From Acidobacteriota bacterium (lineage in GTDB: Bacteria > Acidobacteriota > UBA890 > WLXD01), in assembly GCA_963666215.2 (NCBI GenBank), contig CAXWPL010000003.1, positions 288,001-352,000 of the forward strand: DNA of 64,000 bases, in the 5' to 3' direction. The notes below the pieces were generated by a model. That model saw only the letters and a program-made list of their open reading frames with translations. It was not told the origin of the DNA and did not search any database. The stretch's first letter is position 1; every line of letters begins with the position of its first letter. A program made the position numbers and the translations under genes. Positions 29,539 to 39,416 of the stretch are shown here, in pieces.

Positions 29539-30930
29539 TCACCGGATCAACAGAATCCGCTCGTTGCGCGGATACAGCAGCTCGACGCCCTGCGCGGTGA
29601 CGATTGCGTTGTCCTCGAAATTGATTCGCAGGCGGCGATTGCCGTACGAGGGCATCGCCGTGTGGATGATGAACTCGAACGAGAAGATGTGGTTGGGCTG
29701 AATCGTCAGATGAGCGCGCCCCGTGCGGAACGGAGCGATCGACGCGCCGACCACCTTCTGGCTATTACCGGTGTTACCGACCACGTGGCAATCGATCGAG
29801 ATGCCGGTAACGTCGGGCTGGTCGAACTCATCGACGATACGGCGGTCGGCGGCCCCGTAGTTGGTGAACGGCGTGTACACGAACCCGGCCTCCTCGAGCG
29901 CCGCAACCATGGCCTCGAGCGTCTCGCCGGCAGTGCGCCCAGCCTTGATATTACGCCGCATGATCTCTCGGGCCCGTTGTCCCTCATCGAAGGCATGCTG
30001 GATGTCCGGGGGAATCGAGGTCTCACCTTCTCGGAGTAGGTAGGCGTTGCGCTTCATATCCGTCCCGAAGTTCAGATACTCCACACCCATGTCGAACGAC
30101 AGCAGATCACCCGGCTGGAAGGCGTACTGATCAGAGCGATACTCGTCGTTCTTAGCGGTATGAGAGAAGATCACGCCCGGCCTGCTGAGGCCGAACGACG
30201 AACGTAGGCCCCGCTCGAGCAGGCGGTCCTGTACCCACCAGGCGACATCTTCCCCAGTGGTGACGCGCGGGGTGATGACCTCGCGTGAGAGCGCGCGCTC
30301 GAGGATCCGGCGGGTCATCTCCCCGGCGTTCGCGAAGGCGGTGATCTCGCTCTGCACGCGTCGAACGCGGAAGTCGGTGATGAGGTTCTCGCTCGAGACG
30401 AGTCGTTGCGCGTACGTCTCCCCCAGCGTCTCGACCAGCAGCTGGTATCCGGTATGCGAAAGCCCATCGGCAGCGGCCAGCCACGACGACGTGTTGATGG
30501 CAATGCGCCGCGGGTCGCGCGCCTGCACGAACTCTCGCAGGTCGGTCGGATCCTGAGTCTCGTACCAGTAGTTCCAGTCGTCACCGCCGAAGATGTCGTA
30601 GGAGTCGCTGTTGCTCAACCAGCCTCCGAAGACCGCGCGCTCGATCCTGTCGCCGCCTCGATCGGTGAACACGAAGTAGCCGCCGTCGCCACCCAGGTCG
30701 ACCTCCAGCGAGTCGGGGTTGCCGTGACGGATGACGTGAATCCACATGTCGATGCCGTTGTCGCGCATCGCGCCCGGCAACACGATGTCGAACTTCTCGC
30801 GCCGAATCAGGTCCAGAAGCTCTGTCCGCGCCCGGGCCTCCTGGGCACCTACAGGTGCCGCCCAACCGCGGGACGCGGAGAGGACGGCGGCGAGGCAGCA
30901 TATTGTCAATAGAATCCTGAACCTGTGCAT
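29539..30930 (-). CDS. M24 family (Xaa-Pro aminopeptidase-like) metallopeptidase, secreted
   Basis: Signal peptide from ATG 30930; metal-ligand pattern FDMG...GTDMKR, CHVVG, FSFEF, FEDN. Confidence 0.8.
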   Translation of the reverse strand: MHRFRILLTICCLAAVLSASRGWAAPVGAQEARARTELLDLIRREKFDIVLPGAMRDNGIDMWIHVIRHGNPDSLEVDLGGDGGYFVFTDRGGDRIERAVFGGWLSNSDSYDIFGGDDWNYWYETQDPTDLREFVQARDPRRIAINTSSWLAAADGLSHTGYQLLVETLGETYAQRLVSSENLITDFRVRRVQSEITAFANAGEMTRRILERALSREVITPRVTTGEDVAWWVQDRLLERGLRSSFGLSRPGVIFSHTAKNDEYRSDQYAFQPGDLLSFDMGVEYLNFGTDMKRNAYLLREGETSIPPDIQHAFDEGQRAREIMRRNIKAGRTAGETLEAMVAALEEAGFVYTPFTNYGAADRRIVDEFDQPDVTGISIDCHVVGNTGNSQKVVGASIAPFRTGRAHLTIQPNHIFSFEFIIHTAMPSYGNRRLRINFEDNAIVTAQGVELLYPRNERILLIR

Positions 30931-31098
30931 GCTTGTTGCTCCGTTGCTGAGAGGCGTTGGTTTCACTCCGATCGAGTGCTCGGCACCGAACGGGCTTCGT
31001 GCCGATCGGCATCGCAGGTTGCGACCTGGTGGTCGCGAGCCTGGCGCATTCACGCTCGGTTTTCTAGAGTCGTCGGCCATCAACGAGGAGATGACGCC

Positions 31099-31293
31099 AT
31101 GGACGTTCCGCAGGACGATGTCGAACGCATCTCGAACCTGATCTACAGCGCCGACAGCCCGGTGGGAATCGACGCCAAGAAGACGCACGTGCTGATTCTG
31201 CACAAACTCGAGGGAATCGAGCGACGCCTCACCGCTCTCGAGGCCCGGCTGGCGCAGCCGACGCACGACTCGCAACGAGAACAGGAAGGTTGA
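31099..31293 (+). CDS. 64-aa hypothetical protein with coiled-coil-like C-terminus
   Basis: RBS GAGGAG; MDVPQDDVERISNLIYSADSPVGIDAKKTHVLILHKLEGIERRLTALE; stop is 1 nt before the next ATG. Confidence 0.65.
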   Translation: MDVPQDDVERISNLIYSADSPVGIDAKKTHVLILHKLEGIERRLTALEARLAQPTHDSQREQEG

Positions 31294-31294
31294 G

Positions 31295-32841
31295 ATGAAG
31301 GCCGCCCCACTGGTCGTCGCACTGGCGATGCTTCTCCCCGCTTCCGCGCCGGGCTCGACCCAGGAACCCGTTCATTGGGATGTCGTCCAGCAGATCATGG
31401 AGGAAGCCTTCGAGCGCTCCGAAGTCATGGAGAACGCCAGCTGGCTCACCGACGTGTCGGGCCGCGCAACTCGAAGTCGAGCGGCTACGTGGCCGCGGCC
31501 GAATGGGCGCGGAAACGTCTCGAGGACTACGGTCTTTCCAATGCCCACCTCGAGCCGTTCGAGTTCGGGCGCGGCTGGGAGAACCTCTACACGTCGTTCC
31601 ATATGGTCGGGCCGACATACATGCCGATCATCGGGTATCCGGCTGCGTGGTCGGCAGCAACCGACGGCAAGATCCGCGCCCAGGTCGTGCATCTAGACCT
31701 CGAACAGATCACCTCGGCCGCCGACCTCGAGCCCCACCGCGATCGCATCCGCGACAAGATCGTCTTGATCCAGCCTGAGCAGAACCTGTCGTTCCAGCAC
31801 GACCCGTTGCCGACGGGGTACAGCAAGGCCGAGCTCGACGAGATGGCCCGCATACCGATCGGACCCACCGAGGAGCGGCGGCGGCGGCCTGCGCGCGACG
31901 GACTGGCGCCCGACGACGTCATCGACCTCGTCTTTGAAGCCGGCGCGTTGGCGGTGGCGCGCACCGATAGCACGCATGCCTACGGCACCGTCGACGGAGC
32001 CGTCAACGGGTACGCGATGCGGCGAGCGATGTGGAGGTTGGATGCGGGCCCACCGATCCGCGAATGGATCCTGGCTGCAGAGCACTACAACCGTATGGTG
32101 CGCATCCTGGCGAAGGGAATCCCGGTGGAGATGGAAGTGGAGATCAGAGTCGCCTTCGCCGGTGATGAGACGCACGACGGCACCGACTTCAACGTCATCG
32201 CCGAGATCCCCGGCACCGACCTCGCCGACGAGCTCGTGCTGCTCGGAGGCCACCTGCAGTCGGAGCCCATCGGCACCGGCGCCACCGACGACGCCGCCGG
32301 TGTGGTGATCTCGATGGAGGCCGTGCGCATCTTCCAGGCGCTGGGCATCAAGCCGCGCCGGACCATTCGCATCGGTCTGTGGGGCGGCCACGAGATGGGC
32401 CTGTTCGGCAACCGCAGCCACGTCGCGGCGAACTTCGCCGACCTCGAGAATCGCGAGTACAGAGCCGACTACGACAAGCTGTCGGCCTACTACAACGTCG
32501 ACAACGGCGCCCGCTGGATCAAGGGTGTTTCGGTGCTAGGAAGCGGGCCGGTCCACGCGATCTTCTCGGAATGGATCAAGCCGTTGCAGAGCCTGGGTAT
32601 GAGCCACCTGTTCGCCGACGATATGGCGCACGAAGCGTACGAGGAGGTTGGCCTGCCGGGCTACTATTTCCGCCAGGACCGCACCGACGACCGCCGATAC
32701 CACTCCAACATGGACGTCTACGATCGCTTGGTGCCGGAAGATCTGATGGCCAACGCGGTGATCCTGGCGACGTTCGTTTACCACACCGCGATGCGTGACG
32801 AGATGTTGCCGCGCGTTGCTGCGCGCCCCTGGATCCCGTGA
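31295..32841 (+). pseudogene. M28 family peptidase paralogue with variant active site; 1-nt frameshift near 31455
   Basis: WLTDV/GPRNSKS junction (paralogue has DVYGPRFSNS); GGHLQS, GATDD, GGHEMG, YHSNMD. Confidence 0.8.
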
Positions 32842-32870
32842 TCTGCCCCTACGAGAAATCGGCCTGATCC

Positions 32871-33659
32871 ATGTGGCACGAGAAGGTGGTCTGGATCACC
32901 GGCGCGTCGTCGGGCATTGGCGAGGCGGTGGCGCGCGAGCTCGACCGGCGCGGGGCTCGATTGGTTCTGTCGGCTCGGTGTGTAGAGCGCCAGCAGGCGC
33001 TGCGACGAGAGTGTACCGAGCCCGAACGGCACGCGGTGGTGCCGCTCGACCTATCCGATAGCGCGTCGATCATGACCGCCGTACAGACAACCCTCGAGCA
33101 TGCGGGTCGTGTCGACGTGATGGTCCACAACGCCGGCATCAGCCAGCGGTCGCTGGTGATCGAGACCGATCTCGAGGTCGACCGTCGCCTGCTCGAGGTC
33201 AACTTCTTCGGCACCGTGGCGCTCACCAAGGCGCTGCTGCCATCGATGCTCGAGGCCGGTGGCGGCCGTTTCGTCGTGGTCAGCAGCCTGGTGGGCAAGT
33301 TCGGGAGCCCGCTGCGCTCGGCCTACGCGGCCTCGAAGCACGCGCTCCACGGCTTCTTCGACTCGCTGCGAGCGGAGCTCTGGGACAAGGGCGTTCGCGT
33401 GACCCTGGTGTGCCCGGGGTTCATCAATCCCGACGTGTCGCGCCACGCGCTCACGGGCGACGGCTCGCCCCAGGGCACGATGGATCGGGGCCAGCTCACG
33501 GGCTATGCCGCCGGACGTTGCGCGGAGAAGATCGTGCGCGCCATCGAACGCGACCGCGAGGAGGTGTTGATCGGCGGCAAGGAACGGTACGGCGTCTACA
33601 TCAAGCGGTTCCTGCCTGGCCTGTTCAGCCGCCTGATCCGGCGGGTGCGGGTCACCTAG
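32871..33659 (+). CDS. SDR oxidoreductase (DHRS7-like)
   Basis: WITGASSGIG, HNAGISQRS and YAASKHAL motifs. Confidence 0.9.
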   Translation: MWHEKVVWITGASSGIGEAVARELDRRGARLVLSARCVERQQALRRECTEPERHAVVPLDLSDSASIMTAVQTTLEHAGRVDVMVHNAGISQRSLVIETDLEVDRRLLEVNFFGTVALTKALLPSMLEAGGGRFVVVSSLVGKFGSPLRSAYAASKHALHGFFDSLRAELWDKGVRVTLVCPGFINPDVSRHALTGDGSPQGTMDRGQLTGYAAGRCAEKIVRAIERDREEVLIGGKERYGVYIKRFLPGLFSRLIRRVRVT

Positions 33660-33743
33660 TAGCCTCGCATGGGGCCTCGCTCGCGACGCGCAGCCCACGA
33701 GCAAGCAGGCCGCAGGCGAATTCGTGCGCCTGCTCGCCGACGC

Positions 33744-35156
33744 CTACTGGCCGGCGTCGGGTGCTGCCGCCAGATCCAGGACCACGTCGAGGTTGAAGCG
33801 CACGAAACGGTGGAGCTCGTCGACGAGGATGCGCTCCTGATCGCTATGGGCGCCGTAGCCCAGCGGGCCATCTTCGAGGTCGACTGCCGGGCCGATGCCG
33901 TAGCACTGGATGCCGCGATTTCGCAGGTACGCCATGTCGGTAGCGCCCGTCTGCATCATCGGCAGTGTCACGGTGTCGTAGTGCTTCGTGATGTTCGCCT
34001 CGAGGACCTCGAAGGCTTCCGTGTCGAGCCGGGCCTCTCCAGGCGGACGTGTATTGCGCTCGCCGAGGGAGACCTCCACTGACGGATCGTCGACAACTTC
34101 GCGGATGCGGTCGAGGAACTCGGGGATGCTCTCATCGGGCAGCGCACGCAGATCAACTGAACCTCTGGCCTCGGACGGGATGACGTTGATGCGATAGCCG
34201 GCGTCGACGATCGTCGGCGACAGCGACGAACGCAACATCGACGCGTGTCGCGGCTCGTTCTCCAGGAAGTACTCGTCGGCCTCGTGAATCGTGGCGGGAT
34301 CGAGCACCTTCTGGTAGATGGCGGCTTTGGCCGGGGGTGAGATCGCGGCAAGACGCCCGAAGTATGCGTTGGTGGTCTCGTTGAGGCGGACTGGCGAGCG
34401 CCAATCGGCGATCTTCGCTACCGCTTTGGCGAGATGCACCACGGCATTGGTCTTGAGCGGCACCGAGCCGTGCCCGGCCACACCCGTGGCCACCAGCTCC
34501 ACTCGATACGGGATCTTTTCAGCCGTCTCGATGGACGCGTAGGCCACTTCGCCACCCACGCGCGTCACGCTGCCGGCTTCGGCCAGGTAGTACTCGGCCT
34601 CGATGACATCGAGGTGTTCGTTGACCATGAACTCGATGCCGTACTGAACGTTACCCTCTTCGCCCGACTCCGCCAGGAAGATCACGTCGCGATCCAGCGG
34701 GATGTCACGGCGCTTGAGCTCGAGCATCACCATGAGCGCGGCAACGACGTTGTCCTTGTCGTCGACGGTGCCACGGCCGTAAACGTAGCCGTCCGCCACC
34801 GTGCCGCTGAACGGCGGGTAGGTCCACTTGTCGGGGTCGACGTTGACAGTGTCGGTGTGACCCATGATGAGCAGAGGCGGCTTGGCGCCAGAGCCGGCCA
34901 GCCGAGCGACAACGTTGGGTCGATTCTCGTCGTTCCAGTACATCTCCACCGCAATGCCTTCGGCTTCGAGGACCTCGCGCAGGTACTCGGCGGCGGGTCG
35001 TTCGACTCCGGGAGGGTCTCCCGTGTCGAATCGCAGTAGAGCCTGGAAATGGCGCAGCGTCTCGGCTTCGAGCGCGGCGCGCGCAGAATCGTCCGTCTGG
35101 CCAAAGACGAACGTGGGGCACAGGAGAAGCAGGCTAGCAACCGTGAGTTTTTTCAT
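33744..35156 (-). CDS. M20/M25/M40 family metallohydrolase, secreted
   Basis: GHTDTV, YGRGTVDDK, GEE, GHGSVP, GATD and AHSDQERI motifs. Confidence 0.9.
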   Translation of the reverse strand: MKKLTVASLLLLCPTFVFGQTDDSARAALEAETLRHFQALLRFDTGDPPGVERPAAEYLREVLEAEGIAVEMYWNDENRPNVVARLAGSGAKPPLLIMGHTDTVNVDPDKWTYPPFSGTVADGYVYGRGTVDDKDNVVAALMVMLELKRRDIPLDRDVIFLAESGEEGNVQYGIEFMVNEHLDVIEAEYYLAEAGSVTRVGGEVAYASIETAEKIPYRVELVATGVAGHGSVPLKTNAVVHLAKAVAKIADWRSPVRLNETTNAYFGRLAAISPPAKAAIYQKVLDPATIHEADEYFLENEPRHASMLRSSLSPTIVDAGYRINVIPSEARGSVDLRALPDESIPEFLDRIREVVDDPSVEVSLGERNTRPPGEARLDTEAFEVLEANITKHYDTVTLPMMQTGATDMAYLRNRGIQCYGIGPAVDLEDGPLGYGAHSDQERILVDELHRFVRFNLDVVLDLAAAPDAGQ

Positions 35157-35248
35157 GCCGCGAGCCTATCAATCATGACGCTCACGTGTGGCGGCGAGGC
35201 CCAGCGCCTCCAGCTGGCGCCAGCGACGTTCAAGCTGCAGCGGCCTAG

Positions 35249-36293
35249 TTGTGAGTTCTAGGTAGGTTGTTCACGAACTCACCCCTGAGAGCCGAGCGAT
35301 CGGCGGTGTCATGCCGATGCCGGCGTGGGGACGGTGACGATTGTAGTGGTTGAGCCAGGGCCGTAGAGCTCGAGTACGTCGAGCTGAGGTCTGGTAGCAG
35401 GTGCCGTAGGCCCACTGCTCCTTGAGTGTGCGGATGAAGCGTTCGGCTTTGCCGTTGGTTCTGGGGGTGTAGGGCCGGGTGTAAATGTGCCGGATCTCGA
35501 GTTGATGGCATAGGCGATTGAAGCGCTTCGAGACGTAGCCAGGCCCGTTGTCTGTCATCACTCGGCGCACCGCTACTCCCATCGAAGCGAAGTGCTCGAC
35601 GGCTCGCTGCAGGAACGCTGTGCAGGTGTGTTGGTCTTCGGCGGGCAGCACTTCGACGTACGCCACCCGAGAGTGATCGTCGATAGCGACGTGGGCGTTC
35701 TCCCAGCCGACGCCGTAGGCCCGCTTGGAGCGGTCGCCGTGGATGCGGTGTCCAGGTCGCCGGATACGGGCCAGTTTCTTCGTATCCAGGTGCAGTAGGT
35801 CACCGGGGTGCTCGTACTCGTAGCGAACGATCTCGGGCTTGGGCTCGAGCGCATCAAGCTTGGCGAGTCCGAGCCGCTTCAGCCACGCCGAGACGGTCGA
35901 GCGCGGCACAGCCAACCTTCGGCTGATCTGCCAGGCCGTCAGTCGCCGCCGACGTAGCTTGTCGATCTGCCTCACAACTCCAGCGCTTGTTGCGTGCGGA
36001 CAGCACGTCGGCCGGCTTGATCGATCGAGCAGCCCGGCCTCACCTTCTCGCTCGTATCTATCCAGCCACTTGTAAACCGTTCGAGCCGACACGCCGAGCG
36101 CCGCCGCCGTTTCCGTCACGGGCTCCGCCCGCTCCCGGACTCGGCGGACCATCTCTCGGCGTATATACGGCGTCGTGCGGGCGTTACCATGCAGCTGCAT
36201 CGGGCGCTCCTTCTGAGGTCGTGGAGTCTTTTGAACAACCCCATTGATCTCAGAAGTGAGCCCCGATGTGAACAACCTACTTAGAAAACACAA
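35249..36293 (-). mobile_element. Complete IS481-family insertion sequence
   Basis: 26-bp terminal IRs (TTGTGAGTTCTAGGTAGGTTGTTCAC vs reverse complement TTGTGTTTTCTAAGTAGGTTGTTCAC, 23/26); CTAG on both flanks (35245-35248, 36294-36297). Confidence 0.92.
35271..36200 (-). CDS. IS481-family DDE transposase
   Basis: MQLHGNARTT, HTH, PGDLLHLDTKK, IDDHSR, MTDNG and PRTNGKAERF. Confidence 0.95.
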   Translation of the reverse strand: MQLHGNARTTPYIRREMVRRVRERAEPVTETAAALGVSARTVYKWLDRYEREGEAGLLDRSSRPTCCPHATSAGVVRQIDKLRRRRLTAWQISRRLAVPRSTVSAWLKRLGLAKLDALEPKPEIVRYEYEHPGDLLHLDTKKLARIRRPGHRIHGDRSKRAYGVGWENAHVAIDDHSRVAYVEVLPAEDQHTCTAFLQRAVEHFASMGVAVRRVMTDNGPGYVSKRFNRLCHQLEIRHIYTRPYTPRTNGKAERFIRTLKEQWAYGTCYQTSARRTRALRPWLNHYNRHRPHAGIGMTPPIARLSGVSS

Positions 36294-36501
36294 CTAGCCC
36301 TCGGCTGTCCGCGCGAGCAGTTTGCGGGCGATTCGGTCGATTCGGGCGAGGATTCAGCCGCAGACGGAGCGAATTGTCAACTTTCGCTCGACTGGCGCGC
36401 CGGCGGCGCAGCGGCTTCGGAGCGACCTGGAGCTTGCGACCCCGACCGGCGTGGTTGGAAGGACACTCTCCGTCGGGACAAGAAGCTGGCTGTAAGGACC
36501 C

Positions 36502-37473
36502 CTACCGGTTGTACTGAGGTACCGGTCCCCTCAGCCTCTGCCAAACGCGATCACACGCTTCGCAGTGAGCCGAGCTCAGAGCCGGCGTGTGGAGCGCCAG
36601 CAGGTTCTGCTCGAGCTGATCGAGCCGCGACGCTCCCAAGATGATGCAGTGAGCCTGTTGTCGCTGCAGCAGCCACGCGAAGGCGAGCTGAATGGGTGTG
36701 ATGCCCCCAGCGTGGGCGATCTCCTCGAGCTCCGCGACGGCATCGAAGTAGCTATCGTGCCAGTACCGGCCGAGGTACAGCTCGTTGCCGTCGAAGCGGG
36801 TGCCTGGCAGCGGCGCGGCGTCCTTACTGTGCTTGCCGGTCAGCAGGCCGCCCGCCAGTGGGTTGTAGACCATGTTGCTGACGCCGACCCTCGCGGTGAA
36901 GGCCAGGTACTCCTGCTCGATTCCACGCGCCACTAGATTGTACATGGGCTGTGAGATCCACGGCTTGGCGTAGCCTCTCTGGCCGCAGATCGAGTGCATC
37001 TCGAGGATTTGCCAGGCGCTGTAGTTCGACGTGGCGAGGTAGCGGATCTTGCCAGCCTCGCGAAGCTCCTCCATGGTCTCCAGCGTCTCTTCGATCGGCG
37101 TCTCGTGATCGGGCTGATGGAGGTAGTAGATGTCCAAGTAGTCGGTGTTGAGCCTTCTGAGAGAGTCGTCAAGGGCCCGGCGAATGGCCGCCCGCGAGAG
37201 GCCGGCGTACTCGACGGGATCTCCCATCGCACCCCACACCTTGCTGGCCAGGACGATGTCCTTGCGCTTGGTGCCCAGGACGCTCCCGAGGATCTCTTCC
37301 GATTTTCCCTGGTTGTAGGCGTTGGCGGTGTCGAAGAAGTTGATCCCTTCATCCAGGCAGCGGTCGACAATCCTCGCGGCTTCGCTCCGATCGCTCTGCG
37401 ATCCGAACGTCATCGTTCCTAAGCAAGCGCGCGAAACCTCGAGATCGGTATGGGCGAGCTGCCTCTTCTGCAC
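36502..37473 (-). CDS. Aldo/keto reductase
   Basis: CLGTMTFG, DTANAY, SLRRLNTDYLDIYYLH and YNPLAGGLL motifs. Confidence 0.9.
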   Translation of the reverse strand: MQKRQLAHTDLEVSRACLGTMTFGSQSDRSEAARIVDRCLDEGINFFDTANAYNQGKSEEILGSVLGTKRKDIVLASKVWGAMGDPVEYAGLSRAAIRRALDDSLRRLNTDYLDIYYLHQPDHETPIEETLETMEELREAGKIRYLATSNYSAWQILEMHSICGQRGYAKPWISQPMYNLVARGIEQEYLAFTARVGVSNMVYNPLAGGLLTGKHSKDAAPLPGTRFDGNELYLGRYWHDSYFDAVAELEEIAHAGGITPIQLAFAWLLQRQQAHCIILGASRLDQLEQNLLALHTPALSSAHCEACDRVWQRLRGPVPQYNR

Positions 37474-37653
37474 CGCGATGCGCTCCTTTGGTTGTTGGCC
37501 GTCCGCGAGTATAGTGCGCCGCCCGAAGACCTCGCTCGATGGGGGCGGTCACCGACACGGGTCGGCCGGGCGAGCCGCGACGACTTCGGCAACACCCGCT
37601 CACGTGTCTTGAGAATTTATTGACATCTTCTTGAAGCGGACCGTGGTGGCCCG

Positions 37654-39326
37654 CTACCACAGCCTCTCGATCTCATCCGTGAGCCCCGTCATTTCCCAGC
37701 GGATGAGCGACATCGGCATCAGCCCCGCATCCAAGAACGCGTCCATGAAGCTACCCATCCTGAAGCTGTCGCCGAGCTGGTGGGCTCGATCGGCGAGCAG
37801 CTTGTTGAACTGCACCTTGCCGATCGAATAGGCGAGCTCCACTCCGGGCGCCCACATCGTGTCCCTGGCGCCGTCGTGGTCCCACAGGGCGAAGGTGTCT
37901 CTGGCGGCCCAGCCGTAGGGGGTCGCCTGGACTCCGAAGCGGACCGAGGCGGCATAGTCGAGCTCGTTGGCGTGGAAGCTCAGGTCGGCCAGCGCGCGCA
38001 CCGCACGGTAGAGGCAACGAGGTAGACGACCTCTCGTGCCCGGGGTCGGTCGTCGAGGATGCCGGCGTGCATCAGCATCTCTTCGAGCCCGCAGCCGAGC
38101 CCCTCGTTGCGGGCGTAAGTCATCTCGTAGAGCCGCTGGCTGGCTCGTATCGGAGACAGATGGTCCTTCGATCGCACGCGATCGAGGGCGTGCCCGGTGG
38201 CGCCGTAGTGGATGGCGCGTTGCAACGGGTTGCGCAGGATCATGTGGTCGAACAGATCCAGCGGCTCTTCTGGCGTCGCCGAATCCGTCAACCAGACCGG
38301 CGACGGCGTTTCCAAGACTGGCCGCGTCAGGTTGTCGGGAAGAGTCATGAGCTGCCCCTCTCGGACGAAGCGGAAGAGGTACTCCTCCGCTTCGTTCCAT
38401 TGCCGGATCCACGCGGCCTCGCTTGGGGCAGCCTCGAGCTTCGGCAGGTCGCGGTTGCGAAGCTCCTCCAGCTTCAGCGCGGCAACCACGCGGCCGTACT
38501 CGCTGTGCGCGATCGCCCGAGCCTCCTGCCAGGTGTACGGAAGCAGCCACACGTTCTTCAGCCACCAGTCGTAGTTCTCGACTCCAACGCCTGTCGGCGC
38601 CGTCATCGCGTCGAGGTTGTCCTCGATCCAGGCTCGGTAGTCGCCCACCGCGGTCGCGGCCGTCACGACGTCGGCGGCCAGATGCGGATGATGCTCGCGA
38701 ACCAGCGCCAACGACTCGCGCAGCAGCAGCCCGCCCTTCTCCATCGAGCGGATCCCGAGCAGCGCCGCGTCGCGCTTCGCCTCTGTGAGCACGATGTTGC
38801 CCCTGGCCTGCGCGAGGATCCCCGGCAGCGCCCGGAGCTTCTGGCCGTAGGCCTCGAGCTCCTCCTCGCCCAACGGCACCTCGGGCGGCGCCGCGACTCC
38901 GTAGAAGGGCATGCTGGTCGAGCTCGCCGAGCCCCAGTAGAAGTCGGGGCTGGTCGCCCATGGCCTCAGCACCCGATGGTAGAAGTCCAGGCCGTTCATC
39001 TCGGCGCGCACCAGGTGATAGTCGACCTGCTGCGAGATTGGCCACTCGTCGATAACGAAGGTGGCCAGACGGCGTTGGTGTTGGCGCTATCCGCGATACT
39101 GGCGGTCCATGGCCGCGGCGGTGTAGTCGGGCACTCCGTCGTTGACCGTCGGCTCACGGAGCTCGCGAAAACTCTCGAACAGAACCACGAGGTCGTCATA
39201 GCCGCTGGCGGCCTGGCTCACACGGGCGGCGGCCGCCGAGGCTGCAGGGATGAGCCCCGCCGCGCCAGCGAGAGCGAGCACTGGCAGCACGACCGCGGCT
39301 GCCGTCGAAAACCGTGCTGTGCTCAT
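37654..39326 (-). pseudogene. DUF885-like secreted protein with an in-frame TAG (39087-39089) and a frameshift near 38015
   Basis: Aligns along its length with the neighbour 39417..41159: GVPDYT, QQVDYHL, APTGVGVEN, GHALD, EG..EEM, LIRWEMTG. Confidence 0.75.
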
Positions 39327-39416
39327 CAGTCGCCTTCTGTCGGCGCGCGAGATCGCTGGCAAGCGGATCGGCTGGCCGAACCCGATGTGTTCGGCCTCAG
39401 ACGCGATCCGGGCGGG

